From an uncultured Lentisphaera sp. (GTDB lineage: Bacteria > Verrucomicrobiota > Lentisphaeria > Victivallales > GWF2-50-93): a stretch of DNA of 64,000 bases. Positions 63,320 to 64,000 of this stretch are shown piece after piece. The translations under genes and the position numbers were made by a program. Location: assembly GCA_964426675.1 (NCBI GenBank), contig CAYRRM010000002.1, positions 1-64,000 on the forward strand, written 5' to 3'. Within the stretch, counting starts at the first letter, position 1; every line of letters begins with the position of its first letter. Under the pieces are notes generated by a model, which saw nothing but the letters and a program-made list of their open reading frames with translations, was not told where the DNA came from and made no database searches.

Positions 63320-63916
63320 TTATTTTTCACTTTCATCTTCTTCTGAGCTATTGTCGATGCTTCCTCCTTGAATGAATTGGAAGAATAAAAACATAACCCC
63401 CGAAAAAATTGCAACGTAAAAGTAAATATTTTGCATTCCACTAAACATTTTTTCGAGCCTATCGGAATAAAATGCCGGTGCTGGCCATTTTTGAATAGTA
63501 TTTGAGATCCATTTTGAAAGAAAATGAATGGAAGGAAGAGCAAGCAAAATCCCCATAAGTGTCCATATAGAGTAAAACTTACCCGTCGCAAGACTCGCTA
63601 CTGCAGAAGAAGGAAATTGCCCACATAATACCACCCCTGCCGCAAAGAGCATGCCCCCGATGAGAGCTCCCCAGAAGAAAGAAGGACGTGTCTGAATTGA
63701 TACTAAACCATAATTTTTGGCAAAATAAAAAATTAATACCCCAAATGCAATTGATGAAAAAAGCACTTTGAAAAATTTCCCATTTTTCATAGAAAGTTGG
63801 TCTATTAATGTTTTTCTCCAACCCATTTCTGATTGAATGAGAAAAAAACCAAATGCTGTTCCTAACAATAATCCAGCTAATAAACGATATGTTCCTTCAA
63901 GAGATAAAGGTGACAT
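63320..63916 (-). CDS. YeeE/YedE-like membrane protein (putative sulfur-compound transporter component)
   Basis: It is polytopic with a conserved glycine-rich TM segment. The start is probably the ATG at 63916, with an AGGA RBS. The upstream region runs off the window. Confidence 0.4.
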   Translation of the reverse strand: MSPLSLEGTYRLLAGLLLGTAFGFFLIQSEMGWRKTLIDQLSMKNGKFFKVLFSSIAFGVLIFYFAKNYGLVSIQTRPSFFWGALIGGMLFAAGVVLCGQFPSSAVASLATGKFYSIWTLMGILLALPSIHFLSKWISNTIQKWPAPAFYSDRLEKMFSGMQNIYFYVAIFSGVMFLFFQFIQGGSIDNSSEEDESEK

Positions 63917-64000
63917 TAATTTAATTCCTTTTTTTCTTCTTTTCCGAAAAATTACCAGCCACAGCTGCTCTTGCAAAACCAGAAAAAACCACACCCCAAA

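Overview
This 64-kb window is AT-rich chromosomal DNA (about one-third GC by eye) from a bacterium that looks like a member of the PVC superphylum. The lineage call rests on three genes encoding prepilin-type N-terminal TM helices fused to DUF1559-like domains, two regulators with a GntR/LacI HTH plus a periplasmic-binding-protein fold, and many secreted glycoside hydrolases. Housekeeping content is icd, a GT-C glycosyltransferase, nspC, metK, a PfkB kinase, proS, tatD, dnaK-groES-groEL, ilvH, exbBD, hisD with an aminotransferase, and six tRNAs (Ser-GGA, Leu-CAA, Tyr-GTA, Gly-TCC, Val-TAC). Accessory content is a polysaccharide-utilisation cluster (GH16, a 1775-aa multidomain GH2-like enzyme, a deacetylase-like gene, and a GntR/PBP regulator), an NfeD/flotillin pair, and an ABC-2 exporter operon with two unusual membrane-anchored partners, one carrying a double zinc ribbon. 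Corrinoid-linked genes include an orphan MtaB-family (methanol:corrinoid methyltransferase-like) gene followed by a tiny zinc-ribbon ORF, a RACo-type 2Fe-2S/ASKHA corrinoid reductive-activase-like gene, and a class-B (B12-binding) radical-SAM gene translationally coupled to a sugar-phosphate-isomerase-fold gene. The most striking finding is a 2-kb GC-rich islet (25.5-27.6 kb). It holds an IS5-family transposase remnant and three small minus-strand ORFs separated by canonical integron attC sites (GCCTAAC...GTTGGGC, ACCTAAC...GTTGGGC, and a truncated third), with no integrase in the window, so it reads as a CALIN-type cassette array. Two families of intergenic repeats are also present. R1 is about 225 bp in three copies with a hyperconserved 55-bp core; its copies bracket the MtaB-like gene and sit beside the RACo-like gene. 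R2 is about 80 bp in two copies.
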